Below, in pieces: positions 1 to 14,500 of a stretch of DNA of 64,000 nt. The notes beneath the pieces were generated by a model. The model ran no database searches, was not told the origin of the DNA, and worked only from the letters and a program-made list of their open reading frames with translations. How positions within the stretch are numbered: position 1 is the first letter of the stretch; every line of letters begins with the position of its first letter. This stretch comes from an uncultured Planctomycetota bacterium (GTDB lineage Bacteria; Planctomycetota; Planctomycetia; Isosphaerales; Isosphaeraceae), in assembly GCA_963823665.1 (NCBI GenBank), contig CAWGMQ010000006.1, positions 1,024,001 to 1,088,000 of the forward strand, written 5' to 3'. Made by a program: the position numbers and the translations under genes.

Positions 1-3000
1 GCCGCCTGCACCGAGATCCCCACGAAGACCTCGCCGGAAGTCGTGGCCTGGATCTCCGACGGCTCGAAGCTGAAGGCATAGCGATTGGTACCGCCGGTCG
101 CCAGCGTGCCGGACTGATCCGAGGCGAGGAACTGTCCCGAGCTGCCCAGGTCGGCCACGATCGGCAATGACGCGGCGGCCGGCGCGTACTGGACGGCGAC
201 GCTGGTGCCGGCCGTGGGCGAGACTGCCTCGATCAGGCGATCCGAGGATGCCGATTCATAGCCATATCGGCTCGACTGGCCCGCGGCCAGGTTGCGGGCC
301 GAGACCAGGTTGCCCGCGGCGTCGTAGGTGTAGACGATGCGCGTGCCGTCCGGCGCGATGGCCGACGTGATGCGGCCCGATGCGTCGTGCGTGAACACGA
401 TGGCCTGCCCGTTCGAGGCGGTGATCCCGCTGTCATTGAAGGTCAGGCTACTGCCGTCGGGGCGGATGATTTCCTGGACGCCGCGGGCAGTGCTCACGTC
501 GTAGGTCGTGCCGTCCGGGGCCGTGATCGTGTATTCGGGGCCGGCGTAGAGGTCGGCCGCCGGGTTATACGCCAGGCCGGTCTTGAGGTCGTCGTAGCGG
601 TTGCCCGCCTGGACGAGCGGACCGCCGGCCGAGGTGAGCGTGTAAGCCACACCCGCGTCCGCCGTGTAGGCCGGCGTGTAATATGTCAGCCCGTTGATCT
701 GGTGCTTGACCGGCGTGAATGTGAAGCCGACGCGCTGTCCTGTGGGCAACGTCAGGTAGACCCGCGTGCCGATCAGGAACGGGTTGTAGATGCCGGACGA
801 CTCGAGGCCCGTCGGCGGCACGGTCGTCTGGATCTCCACGTCCTGGCTGGCCAGCCGCCAGCCATTGCCGAACGTGCCGGACTGGGTCGCGTCCAGCGAG
901 TCATACGAGCGAACGAGGTTGAAGACCGAGCCCGCCAGGCTCACGGAGAGGTCGGTCTCGCCCCGGAGGTACTGCGTCGGCTTGGTTGCGGTGTCGGCCT
1001 CGACGGTGACGGTCGTCTGGCCCGTGCGTCCGGCGATGTCGGTAGCCGTCAGGCGCAGGACATAGGGCCCGTTCGCAATCGCCGTGGGGTCAAGAGTCGC
1101 CAGCGTCGCGTTAGAGACGGGGCTGTTACCGCTGGCAAGGGTCGTGAAGGTCGACGAACCAACCGGGGCGCGATCCAGTACCCAGGAGTCGAGGTTGGTA
1201 TCGCTGACCGTGCCGACGATTGCGGTGCTTGCGGTCAGCCGCGCGTTGGCAAGCTGAGGACTGAACGCAACGGCTGGCGGGGACTGATCGAGAGGATCGA
1301 CGACCTTGATGACCGTCGCAAACTGGCCGACGAGCCCGTCGGCGTCAGTGCCCGTTGCGGATACCGCGATCCGGCCGGGTGCCGTCGGCGTGTACGTCGC
1401 TCGGCCCTGGCTGTCGAGCACGACCGGCTTGCCCGCGATCGTGAGCGTCAGCCCGGTGATCGGCGCCAGGCTCGACGCGGCGACGTGGACGAGGACCGCC
1501 TGGCCCGGCTTGGCCGGGAAGCTGGGCGTCAGCTCAATCAGGAGCTGCGGCGGCACGGGGTTGATCTCGCCGCGGAGCACGACCGTCTGGGTGGTCGTCA
1601 GCTCGCCGTCGGAGACCGCGAACTGGACGTCGTAATCCCCGACCTGCGCCGGCCCGGGAGTCCACGACACCGCGCCGCTATGTGCGTCGAGCGTAGCACC
1701 CTGCGGCAATCCGAGAGCCGAGTAGGTCAGCACCGTGCCCTGGTCGGGATCGCTGCCTTGAAGGGTAAAACTGAGCGGTTGACCCACCGCGGCCTGGTGG
1801 CTGGTCACGACGAGGAAGGGCGGCCGGTCGACGTTGTCGATGTGGACTTTCACATCCGTCTGGTCGGTCAATCCGCCCGGGCCGGTGACGCCGAAGACGA
1901 TCGAGTAATCGCCCGACTGGTCGTAATTCGGGGTCCAGTTGAACTGGCCGGTCTTGGCGTTGAACTGCGCGTCGGCTGGCAGCCCGGAGATCGCACTGTA
2001 GCTCAAGGGACCGCCGCTCGGATCGCCGGCGGCGATCGTGAACTGGAGCGCCGTGCCCTCGCTCCCGTCCTGCTCGACGAGCGGGACGAGCTTCGGCGGC
2101 TGGATGACCGTGATCACGTAGATCGTCAGGGGCTCGGTGGTCGTCAGGTAGCCGTCGCTGGCGCCTACGACGATGCCGCCGTACGTGCCCGACTGGAACA
2201 GGTTGGGCGCCCAGGTGATGACGCCGGAGACCGGGTCAAACGTCGCCCCGGGCGGCAGGCCGGTGGCCGAATACAGCAGTGGGTCGCCGTCCGGGTCGGT
2301 GGCCTCGATCGGCAGCGTGAGCGTCTGTTGCTGGGCGATCGTCTGGGTCGCCATCGGGACCAGCACGGGCGCCTGGTCGTTCTGCCGGACGACGAGATTG
2401 ATCGACTGCTGGTCGCCCAGGACGTCGGCGGGATTGCCGTTGCCGTTGTCCACGACCGTGAAGACGACCGTGCTCCGGCCCAGGTCGCTCGATGTCGGCG
2501 TCCAGTCGAAGACGGTTTCACCATACGTCGAGGAGGGGGTGAGCGTCGCGCCCGGCGGCAGCCCGAGGGCGCCGAAGGTCAGCGGGTCCTGGTCGAGGTC
2601 GGTCGCCACGATCGTGAATTGCAGATCCTTGCCGGCGACCGCGACCTTGTCGCCGATCGCGGCCAGGTGGGGCGGGCGGTTGGGGTTGTTGACCGTGACG
2701 ACGAAGCTCTGCGACGCCGAAAGTGCTGCGGCCGGCCCGCCGCCATCGCCGTTGTCGGTGGCCGAGAGCGTGATGGTGAAGCTGCCGGAGTCGTCCACGG
2801 TGGGCGAGAACGTGAACGTGCCGGTGCCGTCGCCGTTGTCGACGAACGTCGCGTAAGCGGGCAGGCCCAGGCCCGCCGTCCCGGAGGCCGTCAGCACCAT
2901 CGGGTCGCCGTCCGGGTCGACCGCCTGGACGGGGAGGGTCAACGTCGTCGCGTCGTTGACGGTCTGGTTCGCGATGAAGGTGATCTGAGGAGCCCGGTTC

Positions 3001-6000
3001 ACATTGATGATCGTGATCGGCACGCTCACCGTCGCGCTCAGGGGGACGCCCGTGCCGTCGCCGTCGTTGGTGGCGGTGAAGGTGACGAGATACCTGCCGG
3101 CGTCCGTGTAGCCGGTCTGCCAGTTGAAGATGTCCGTCTGCGGGTCGAATGTCGCGCCGGCGGGCAGCCCGCTGACAGTGTAACTGATGGTTGGCGCCGT
3201 ACCCTCCAGGGGTGTCAGGGATCCGTCGGGCAACCGCTCCTGCGGGATGAAGCCGGGGTTGTTGGGATCGAGTGCGAAGGCCCGGAAGTTGATCTGCTGG
3301 CCCTCGTCCATGCTCCACGATCCGAGGTCATTAAAGACGGGCGGCGCGTCCACGTTGAGCACGGTGATCGTGGTGGTCACGGTCGTCGACAGCACGCCGT
3401 CGCCGACCGTGAATGGGACCTGGTAGACCCCGTGCTGGAAGTAGCCGGGCGCCCAGTCGAAGGCGCCGGTCATGGGGTCGAGGGTCGCACCGCCGGGGAG
3501 CGTCGTGCTGGAGTACGTGAGCGGATCGCCGTTGGGATCGCTTGCCAGGAGCGCGATGTGGATCGGCTGGCCCTCGAGGATGGTCTGGTCGGACGGCTGG
3601 ACCAGGGTCGGGGGCAACGGCGCCTGTGCGATCAGCAGCGTGGTGGAGACGCTCGACTGCTTCACACCGTCGCTCACGAAGAACTCGACGTTCGGGTACG
3701 TGCCGGCCTGTAGGGCGCCGGGGAGCCAGGAGAGCGTCTCGCTCGCGGTATCGTAGACCGCCCCCGGCGGGAGGTTCTCGGCCCAGGAAAAGAGCGGCAA
3801 TCCCTGCGGGTCGGTCGCGCCGAGAGCGAATTGGAAGTTCTGACCCTCCTGGCCATCGAGCTCCGTGGGCAGCGGCGGGATCGCCGGCGGGAGGTCCACG
3901 CCCGAGACCGTGATCGTGAACGGCAGGGTGGCGTCGCTGCCGGCGGAGTCGTCAACCCGCAGGACGACCGCCGCCTGGGCCGGACTGGCCACGGTGGGCA
4001 GCCAGGTGACCAGCCCCGTGCTCGGGTCGACGCTCATCCCCGCCGGCCCCCGGACCAGCAGGTAACCGAGGCCGTAGTGGTTCGGGTCGTGGGCGAGCAC
4101 CTGGAAGCGATAGGGCTGGCCGGCTGTCGCAGTGGTCACGGGCGCCGAGTCGATGACCGGGGCGGCGTTGGGCGCGGGGGTCGCGAAGACCCCGCTCTTG
4201 AACGAGAGCCTCAGCCCCGACGGGTTGGAGAACGTGATGGTCGTGGCGGCCGTGGTCTGGCCGGCGAAGAGCTCGCCGTTCGGAAGCAGGGCGCTGAGGT
4301 CGATCCACATCGTGCTGGCGGCGTTGGGCCCCGAGCCGCCCAGGAGCTGGGCGTTATTCGGCTGGAGGCCATCAAACGTCAGGTAGAACGGGGCGAGGAG
4401 TGGTGCCGGCCCGTTATTGGTGACCGTGACGCTGTACGAAGAGGTTTTCTGCGCTGCGTTGGATCTGCCGTTGGAAAACTGGATGTTGACGAGCGCAGAG
4501 ACGTCCTGAATCGCGCTAAAGTGTGCCGAGTAAGGCAAGGCCAGCGCGAGCTCGTCGGTGCTCTGGATCGTCGTGCCGACGTTGATCGTGTAGCCCCCGG
4601 CCGCGATGGCGTCGAATGTCAGCGTGGCGGTCCTCGTCGCCGGGTCATACATGACCGAGTCGATGGTGATCGGCCCGGCGGTGTCGCCGGTCAACTGGTA
4701 ATTCGCCGGGTCGAGGACCGAGCGGGGATCAGTCGGGTCGCCCTGGTCCATGTCGTGGTCGAACGTGATGCTGATGGTGCCCAGCGGCAGGTCGACGATC
4801 GAGCCATCGGGCGGGTTCGAGCCGGCGACGCGGGGCGCCTGGACCGGAGACAGGACGTCGATCTCGTTCGATTGGCTGAGCAGGACCTGGCCGAGCGCGT
4901 TCGTCGTGATCTCGTCGCCGCGCGTGCCGCCGGTGGCGACGGCCACCGTCTGGAGGGTCGCCAGGTCGACCATCGTCAGTTCGGTCCCCTGCCCGCCCTG
5001 GGGCTCGTCGTGGGTGATGAACAGCAACCCGGCGAGCCCGGTGCCGGCCAGCCCGAATGCGATCGAGTCGACGTCGGTCGCGAGCTGGAGCATCAATTGG
5101 GGGCTATAAACCTTCGTGATCGGGTTGGGGCCGGGTGTCTGCTGGACGAACGCGACGATGTCGGTGGTATCCTGGGGCCAGGTCGCGGCCCAGAGCGTGC
5201 CGTCCGGGGCGAAGGCCAGGCTGCCGACGCGCAGACTGCTGAACGGCGTGAAGCCCTCGGTGGCGGGGTTGAAGACCTCGATGCCGCCGCCCGACGAGAC
5301 GTAGATCAGCCCGGTGCCAGGCTGGACGGCCAGGCTCTGGGTGATGCTGTCGCCGTACTGGCCGAGGATGGCGCCGGTCCCGGGGTCGAGCTGGAGCAAG
5401 GGACCGCCACCGGTGGTGGCCCAGAGCCGCCCGGAGGCGTCGACCGCCATGTCGTAGATCGGGTAGGGCTCGGTCGCCAGGGGCGTGGTCGCCTGGCCGC
5501 CCTCCGCGGTAAAGCCGAACAGCTCGTTGCGGTCGGGGCCGCCGCTGACCAGCGTCGAGCCGTCCGGGAGAGTGACGATCGCCACGGGGCCGATGTTCGC
5601 CCCGCTCTGCACGAACCCGGTCGCGAACGACTCGCCGGTGAACGGCCTGAGGATGGTCTGGAACTCGGTCGGCCGGGTGGAGGACGTCGGCGCGGGGATG
5701 GCCTGCTGGGCCTGGGTGAACAGCGGGTTGGTCGACGGCTGAGGGCTCGGCTGCTGCGGCGTACCCAGGTCGGTGGTCGTGCCGGAGACGGTCGGCAGGC
5801 CGCCGAGGTTGACCTGCGAGCCGTCGGAGGGCACCGAGAGGCCCGACGGGGGCGACTCTTGGTTTCCCGCGTTGTCGGTTGCCAGCGCTAGGAACTGGTA
5901 GATATGCCCCGCCTGGCCCTGATAGAGCCCCGAGGTCCCCGTCGTCTGGTCGAGCCAGATCTGCCAGTCGCCGCCGTCCTCGGAGACGTAGACCGTCACC

Positions 6001-8573
6001 CCCTTGACGCCCGACCCGCCAAAGTCGTCGGTGGCAGTCCACTGGACCTGGTAGACGGGGCTGCCAGGCGCGATCGGCGTGGCCAGGAGCGTCGTGGTCG
6101 GCGCGGTCGAGTCGACCGTGCTGGTCACGGTGTTGGTGTCCTGCGGGGCAGCGGAATCGAACAGTACCCGCGCCTGGGCGCTGATCGACGTCCCGGTCGC
6201 CAGGCCCGACATCGGCTCGACGGTGTAGGTGACGAATCCCTCCGTGGAGCCGCCCGGCGCCAGCAGGCCCCGCGTCGGGTCCTGGAGCACCTCGCCGGTG
6301 GCCGGGTCGATCGCCTGGAGCAGCCAGGTGATCGTGCCGGAATGGATGTCGATGCCCGCGCTGACGCGGAGGATGAACCCCTTCGACTGGGTGAAGTCGA
6401 AATCCCCCTGGAACGAGCCGACGGTGTTGGGGATGTGGACCTGGAGGTCGCCGATCTGGAGGTCGCCCAGGCGGAAGCTGCGGGGATCGAGGTTGGGGTC
6501 GAGCTGGCTGACGATCCTGATCTGGCCGGCGCCCGTCGTGGACGACGGGTTTGTGAACTGTATCGTGTAGGGCAGCGGCTCTCCGGTGGGGACGAAGTCC
6601 TGCGACCCGTAGCCGAACGGCCCGATCAACTGCGCCTGGCCCGAATCCGCCCCGCCCGAGAAGAACGGCGAGAAATTGGGTGGCTGGACGGGGACGAAGT
6701 TGGGGTCCTCGGGGTTGCTCGAATCCGTGTCGGCATCCTGGTCGTAGTCGTTGGAGTAATTGACGTAGACGGTGAACGACTCGGTGTGCGTCGGGCTCGA
6801 TTGCTGGAGGTCGAAGGCGCTGGCGGGCGGGGCGTTGCCGGTGACGATGTCGCCCGCCTCGTCTTGATTGTCGACGAAGCGGCTGCCGATATAGGGGCTC
6901 GTCTGGGTCGGGTCGTTACCATACCACTGAGCGACCTGCGAGAAGAACGCGGCGAGGTTGCCGCTAGTGACGATCTGCTGGCCGGCGGGCCCGGCCAGGA
7001 TGCCGGCGGACAGCGTGGCCAGCAGGCTGACGACCTGGGGGTTCTGCTGGACCGCCGGGGGCTCGTCGGCCGGAGCGAGCAGACCGGCCTGGGTGAGCCC
7101 GGCCAGGTAGAGGTCGGCCCAGGTCGCGGCGTCCGACGCCAGGACCTGCAACGAGGCCGACGCATTGGGATCCTGTAGGATCTTCTCGCGCAGGGTCTCC
7201 GCGTATTGTTCCTGTTGGGCGATGAACTGAGCGGTTGTTAAGGCCGTCGCCGAGGCCGTGATGTCGAACTGGAACGCGGTGTCGGAGGGGGGGCTCATTC
7301 CCGCACTCGGGGGCACGCCGTCGGGATAGGTCTGGACCAGCAGGCTGAGCCCGAAGTTCGAGGCGTCGGGCATGTTCAGGGCATAGCCGCTCGCCAGGTC
7401 CTCGCCGCCGACGTCGGCCACGGGGTTGACGCTCGCCCAGGGGACGCCGCTGACCTGCGGGCTGGCGCCGGTGCCCAGGTCGGTCGAGAGGGCCAGATGC
7501 CGGTACTCATCGGGCTGCGGATAAGGCCCCGCGATCCCGTCGAGCTCGGGGACCCCGACCTGGATGAAGACATACGGGATGTCGACGTTGGTGACGCTCT
7601 GCACGGTCACGCCGTAATACGCCTGGTTGCCCGCCGTCAGGACCCGCGTGCCGCCGAGCGCCACCGCGACGTCGGGCGGTAGCGTTGCCTCCACCAGGTA
7701 GCGATAGGGGTCGACCGCCACGGAGCCGTCGGGGTTGATGACTTCGAGGTCGTACAGCCCGTGCGGGGCGCCCGTCAGGTCGAAGATGGCGGTGATGCTG
7801 GTGCTGTTGACCACCTGGCAGCTCACCGGCTCGTACTCGGCGAACCCGGGCCGCACCAGCTTGACGATCGCCTGGGGATCGAACTGGGCGCCGAGGATCG
7901 TGGTGGTCACGTACTTACCGTCGCCCCCCGTATCGGGCAGGACGTCCGTGATCTCGAAGGGCAGCACGTTGGCCACCAGGGTGACCGGAGTGTTGGCCGA
8001 CCCCTCCGACTGCCCCCGGACCAGGATCAGGTATAGGCCCGCCTGGGTCGAGGGCACGACGGCGTACTGGTTCGCCTGGAGCGCCCCCTGGTACAGGGCG
8101 TCGTACTGGAAGGCGGTCGGGACGGCCTGGTAGCGGAGGTAGAGCTCGTTGGAATCGCCCGATTTCGAGTCAGTCAGGTCGACGCGCAGCGTCTCGCCGA
8201 GCCCGACGTTGACCTCGAACAGGCGGACCTGGCCGGTGCTCAGTGTCGTACTGACGGGAACGCCAAGCTGAAGCTCGGGCACGGTCACGTTGATCGCGTC
8301 GGCCGAAGCCGTGGTGTTGTTGCCGTAGTTGCTCTCGACCACGTCGTCGAAGATGTCGGTGCGGACGATGATGCGGTACTGGCCGGCCGCGGCCGCCGGC
8401 AGGTCCGCGGTGAGCGTGGACGTGTACGAGTCGCCGGCGTCGAGCTCGCCGCTGTGCACGACCTGGCCGATCAGCGGGTCGTCGACGCTCCAGGTCGGGC
8501 CGGTCGCGAGGTAGACCGAGTCGGTCCACGTGCCGTCGGCCGGGTAGGCGCCGATGTTCTGCACGGTCCACTG
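1..8573 (-). CDS. C-terminal segment of giant protein 1 (partial): CARDB, FN3-like module, beta-propeller-like region, many putative Ig (He_PIG-like) repeats, RHS/YD-type repeats
   Basis: My translation gives QWTVQNIGAYPADGTWTDSVYL, YQFLALATDNAGNQES, repeated LPPGATFDP..G.F.W.P motifs, YDSLDATQSGTFGNGWRL and THDASGRITSAIAPDGTRIVYTYDAAGNLVS. Confidence 0.8.
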
Positions 8574-11500
8574 CCAGCGGCACCGAATCCCCCGATTGCG
8601 CGGCCCCGGGGGCCGTGATCGTCTGGACGGTGAGGTCCGACGGCGGTGGGACGTCGAAGATCAGCGGGGTGGCCGTGGCCGTCGCGTTGTTGGCCTCGTT
8701 GTCCCCCTCGAACACCGCGCCGCGCGGCTTGTTCGCGGTGGGCGGGTCGGTGATCACGATCACGTACCAGGGGCCCGAGAGCTTTTGCGTCGCCTGGAAG
8801 GTCGCGGTGACCGTGTAGCTCTGGCCGGCCTTCAGGCCGCCGGTGTGCGGCTCGTCGCCGAGGTAAATGTCGCCGCTGTCGAGGATCGGGTCGCGCAACA
8901 GGAAGATCCAGTCATCCCACTGCGACTGCCGGGCGGGCGTGTCGCCGGCGCCGGCGTCCGTGACGGTGTAAGTCACCGTGTAGTCCTGGCCGGTCTGGAC
9001 GTGGCCCGGCTGAGTCGGGTCGGGCCCGGTCGCGGACACCGACGAGAACCTGGAGATCGGGTGGGTTCGTCAGGATGATCGGCAGCGGGGCCGCCGTGAT
9101 GTTGTTCCCCTCGCCCCGGTACTCGCCGACGCGGGCCTGCACCTTGTCGACATTGGCCTCGAAGTAGAGCCCCGGCGACGTGGCCGAGCCGATGAGGTTC
9201 GAGTCGGTGAAGACCAGGATGTAATAGTTGCCCTGGATGCCGTCGGGGATCTGCACGTTGAGCGTGGTATCGTAGTGGTCGCCCGCCTTGAGTACTACGC
9301 CGGCTACGAGTGGGTAGACCGACGCGCCAGAACATAGGACTGGTCGTCAAGAGACGGTGATTGTGAAAGGTAAACGCGGTCGTACCATGAGCCGGGCCGC
9401 GTGTCGCGGTTGCCTGTGTTGGTGACGGTAAAACTCACCGGAATGACGTCGCCCGAGTGGACCGGAGTGGTCGGGAGGGTCAGGCTCGTGACCTGGAGGT
9501 CGGGCTCGCGGTAGATGACCGGGATCGTCTGCGACCCCTGGTTGTTTGCAGCGACATCGTAGCCGTTGGTCGCGTAGTACTTCAGGCTCTGGTCGTTGTC
9601 GCCGAGCTTCGTGCTCGGCTCGCCGTTGGGGTCGGTGATCACGTAGACATAGAACGTCTGGGGATTTGCCGCGGTCCCGCCGATCCCGTCCGGCACGTTG
9701 AACGTGTACGACACGGTGTAGCTCTGGCCGGGTCCCAGCGTCGGGGCATTGCTGTGCGCGACCGAGCCGACCGGCGTGTCGCGCTGGGTGTCCAGGGTCG
9801 GGTAGGCGGAGAAGTAAACGTCGTCCACCCAGTCGGTCGTGCCGGACCAGGTCGTGTTGCCGAAGTTGGTGACCGTCCACTGGATCGTCGTGGGGTCGCC
9901 GGAATAGTTCGGCGCCTGGGTGACGATCGACGTGACGCGGAGGTCGGCCGGCACCAGGGCGTTGACGAGAGTGGGAGCAGATGCGGTGTTGTCGTTTGTG
10001 TAGGGGCCTTCCCACGTGGGCGCGTAGTCGGTGTCGCCGATCGAGCCGCCCGTGTTGGTGTCGACGATCACGAAGCGGCCCGACACCTCGGGCGAAAGCT
10101 GGAACGTCGCCTGGGCGGCGTAGCTCCCGCCCGCGATCACGCCGCCGTCGTGCTCGATGGTCCCGAGCAGCCATTGCGTCGCGCCGGGGGCGTTCAGGGT
10201 CGACTGGTCCGACAGGTAGACCTGGTCGAAGAGGATCGAATCCTCGGTTGGGCTGGTGCCCTGGTTCTGCACAGTCCAGCTTACCGTGTAAGGGTCGCCG
10301 CCCACGGCCGTCGCCTGCGGGGTGACCGACGACACAACCAGGTCAGGCGGCGGCGTGAGCAGAACCGTGATCGGTTGGGCCTTCCAGTTGTCGTTGTTCA
10401 GCTCGTTCGGATCGTCGGGGTTGACGTTGGAACTCAGCGTGCTCTTGAACACCTGGTCGAGCGAGTCGGCCCAGGCGGTGATGAAGAACTGCCCGGAGAT
10501 GTGCGTCGGCAGCGTGACTGTCGCGGTCTGGGTGTAGCTGTCGGTGGGAGTCAGCACGCTGGGATCGTCGCCCAGCGCGCCGAGTGGGGGATGGTCGCCA
10601 GGAGCACGTCGCCCTTGCTGGTCCCGGGGCGCTTCGGGTCGTGGGCCAGCCAGATCGTATCGTTCCAGTTTGAGACGTTGGTGGTATTCAGCCCCTTGTT
10701 GGTGACGGTGTAGCTGACAGTGATCGTGCTACCGTCGTACGCCTGATCGGGCGCCGCGACGTCGCCGGTGACCAGGTCCGCGGCGGGCAGCGGGTTGACG
10801 GTGATCGGCACCGAGTCCGTGTTGTTGCCCTCGTTGGGGGTCTCGTCGACCGCGTTGCCCGAATCGGTGTCGACGATGAGGTAGGCGGGCCCCGAGAACC
10901 GGTCCGGGATAATCATGTCGCCGGTGGTCGTCTGGTAGGTGCCTTGCGGCTGGAGCGCCGACTGGTTGGCGAACGAGCCCAGGAGGGTTGCGGTGCTGTC
11001 CAGAGTGGGCTTCGCCGAAAGATAGACGCTGTCGGTCCAGTGCGGCGTTGCGGTCGCGACGCTGCCCTGATTGACCACGGTAAACTCGACCGAGACCGGC
11101 CCGCCCGCGTTGGCGCTCGGCGGCGACGTCACCGACGAGACCTGCAAGTCCGGGTTGGGCGGCAGGGTGAGCGTGACGAGGCTGGGGTCCGCGTAGGTGT
11201 CGTTGCCGGTGGCCCCGCCTTCGTACAGACCGGTGGCCGTGGTCACCGAGAGCTGGAAGACCCCCTGGACATCGGCGGGGAGCCGGATCAGCTCGTCGCG
11301 GGTGTAGCTCTTGCCGGCCTGGAGCGGCTGGGTATACGTGAACGTTCCGAGATTGTACGGCTTGGCCCCGGCCACCTGGGGCGTCAACAGCAGGGTGTCC
11401 GTCCACGGCGTGTCGGCGTCGCCCGGGCCGAGGTTCTGGACGTTCCAGGAGACGTCCACCGAGGCGCCGGCCGCCGCGGTCGCCGGGCCGTTGAGCTGCG

Positions 11501-14500
11501 TCGGCGTCAGGTCGGGCGCCGGTGTCAGCGAGACGTCCACCGGCCCGCCGACGCTCGTGTTGTTATCGGTGTAGATGAACTCGTAGGGAGTTCCGACGTC
11601 AGTGGCAACAGCGGGATACCCGGTGTGGACGACGACATAGAATGTGCCCTGTAGGCCATTGGGCAGGCTGGGAGTGACCGTGTGTGTGTAGCCGCCGCCT
11701 GGGGCGATGGCGCCGTAGTGATCGATCAGGCCGAGATCCAGGACGACGTTGGAGCCGGCCGGGTCGGTCGCCAGGCTCACGTCATCGCTCCAGGCGCTCG
11801 TGTTCGTCACGCCGATGCCCTGGTTGGCGACAGTCCACGAGACCGAGATCGGCTGTCCGCTGGCCCCGGTTGCAGGCACGGTCACCGAGGAAACCACCAG
11901 GTCGGCATAGGGGATGGGCGTGACGTCGAAGAGGTTCGGCGCTTGGGCGATATCGTTTCCGGTGTTGCCGTTCTCGAACACGGTGTTCGTCGCGTTCGTC
12001 TGCACGAAGAGGTGATAACTGCCCTCGAAATGGGGAGGAAGCAAGAAGGTCTGGGTCTGCGAGTAGCTGGCGCCTACGGCGAGCGAGCCCTGATGAGGAA
12101 ACACAGCGATGGTGGTGCCGTCGGCGGGGTTGTCGTCGGGCGAGGCGATCACGGCGTCGACCCAGCTCCCGACATCGCCCGGGCCGGTGCCCTGGTTGGT
12201 CACGGTCCAGCTCACCGTGACTTGCGCGGGGTCGCCCACTGTCAGACTGGGCGCCGAGACTGCGGAGGCGGCCAGATCGGCGTACGGCGCCAGGGCCGCC
12301 GTGACGCTGGTGCTCGCGCTGTTATTGCTCTCGGCAGTGCTCGTGCCGCCGGGACCAGCCTGGTTCCACTCGAAGACCTGGTTGTAGTAGTCGGTCGTCA
12401 CTGTGACCTGGATCTGGCCCGCGCCCGGCGTGCCTTGCGGAAGCGCGAATGAAAGCTGTCGAGCTCTCGACTGCCCGGCGTCGATCGGCCCGTTGCCGCT
12501 TGCGGTGGGGTTGTATGCGACGTCCTGGGTCGTGAGCACGGCGCCCGTGGTTGTGTTGAGGACGACGACATGATCGACAAATGGGCTGTTGACCGGCGCG
12601 GTTCCGGTATTGGAGTCGCTCCACTGAATCGAAAGATCGGACCCAGATTCCAGGCCCGATGACGGCGACAGGGTCAAAGTCGGAATGACCAGGTCGGGAT
12701 AGGGTGCCAGGGCGGAAGAGACCGTCAAGCTAGAGTTATTATTAGATTCCGCAGTGCTCGAGCCGCCGGGTCCAGACGTGTTGAACTCGGCAATCTGGTT
12801 GTAGATATCAGTCGTGACCGAGTACTGGATCTGGCCAGCGCCCCGGGCCCCGTCCGGCAGGGTCAGTGCGAATTGCTGAACTCGGAATTCACCAGGGGCG
12901 ATTGGGCCATTGCCGCTGGACTGATCGTTATACGGCACCACCGCGGTGTCGATGACCTCGCCCGTGGTCGAATTGGTCACGATGACCGAGTCGTACCACG
13001 AGCCTCGGGTGGCGCCCGTGCCCGTGTTCTGATCGTCCCAGCTCAGGGTGACCGGAGCTCCCGACTGTATTCCGGAGGCGGGGCTCACGGCGATGTTAGT
13101 GACCTGGAGGTCGGGGTACGGTGCCAGCGTCGAGTTTTCCGCCACCATCGCGGTCCTGGCCGGGTCGCCCTGGGGAGTGGAAACCTGGTTGTTCACATCA
13201 GTGGTGACGGTAAAAAGGATCTGGCCCACGCCGGGAGTGTAGTCGGGGATGCGGAAGGCGTATTGCATTGGCGCCGATGCGCCGGCGGCCAGATTCCCCA
13301 GCGTGGTCGCGTTGTACGGGACGGACGCGCTGGCCAGCACCTGGTCGGTCGTGGAGTTGGTAATCGTGACCAGGTCGGTGAAAGAGCCGGCGGCGGGAAG
13401 CGTGCCAGTGTTCGTGTCACTCCACTCGACGACGAGATTGGTCCCGGACATCAGGCCGTTGGGTGGCGACGTGGTCAGCCCGGTGACCGCGAGCGAAACG
13501 GCCTTGAAGACGCCGAAGTTCTCGCCCGAGAACTGTGCGCCGCCCGAGGCGATGATCGATAAGAAACCCGAAGCAGGGGCCGTCTGAACGTATCCCGCCT
13601 GGAGCACGTCCGAGATCGTATACGACCCCGGCGCAACGCCGGTAAAGACATAGCTCCCGTCCGATGCGGTCGTGGTCGAGGCCGCCGTGGTGGTCCCATT
13701 CATGAGGTCGACGGTCCAGCCCGCCAGTCCCGAGCCGGCGCCGATTGTCCCGTCCTCGGCATAATCGTTGTAGACCTCACCGTCTAAGGTCGCCGTAGGC
13801 AGCGATTTCACCGTCTGGGTGATCGCGGTCGACGTGCTGGCGGCGAAATCGGTGCTTCCGCCGTACTGCGCGGTGATCGAATGATCGCCGGCCTCCAAGG
13901 CCGACGTCTTGAACGAGGCCGTGCCACCGGAAAGCGTCTCGGTGTCGATGGGGGTCGTGCCGTCGTAGAAAGTCAACTGGCCGCCCGGGACGCCGCTTCC
14001 CGGTGCGCTGGCCGTCACCGTCGCGGTAAAGGTCACGAACGTGCCCAGGTTCGATGGGTTGAGCGAAGACGCGACGGCCGTCGTGGTTCCGTCCTGGTTC
14101 ACAGTCTGAGTGAAGGCCGTCGAGGTGCTGCCAGTGAAGTTGTTGTCGCCGCCGTACTGCGCGGTGATCGAATGGCCGCCGATGGCGAGGCCCGATGTGG
14201 TGTACGACGCCGCACCGTTCACGATGGTCTCGGTGTCGATCGGGGTGTTGCCGTCGTAGAAGACCACCTCCCCGGTGGGCGTCCCCGTCGCCGGGGGCGT
14301 GGCGGAGACAGTGGCCGTGAAGGTGACGGACTGGCCGAAGACGGTCGGGTTGACTGATGAGCCAACCGTCGTCGTGGCGCTCCCCTGCTTGATGGTCTCG
14401 TTGATCGTCGCCGAGGTGCTGCTCGTGAAGCTGGTGTCACTGCCGTACTGGGCGCTGATCGCGTGGCCGCCCAGGGCTAGCGACGAAGTTGTGAATGTCG

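Noticed and set aside
3179..3184. Additional TGTAAC hexamer (also at about 46487)
   Set aside because: It is intragenic, antisense and lacks the GCAGGA partner box.
387..7178. Long plus-strand ORFs 387..3713, 3831..5891 and 5904..7178
   Set aside because: They are antisense shadows of the GC-rich minus-strand giant gene, with Arg/Gly-rich translations and no recognisable motifs.
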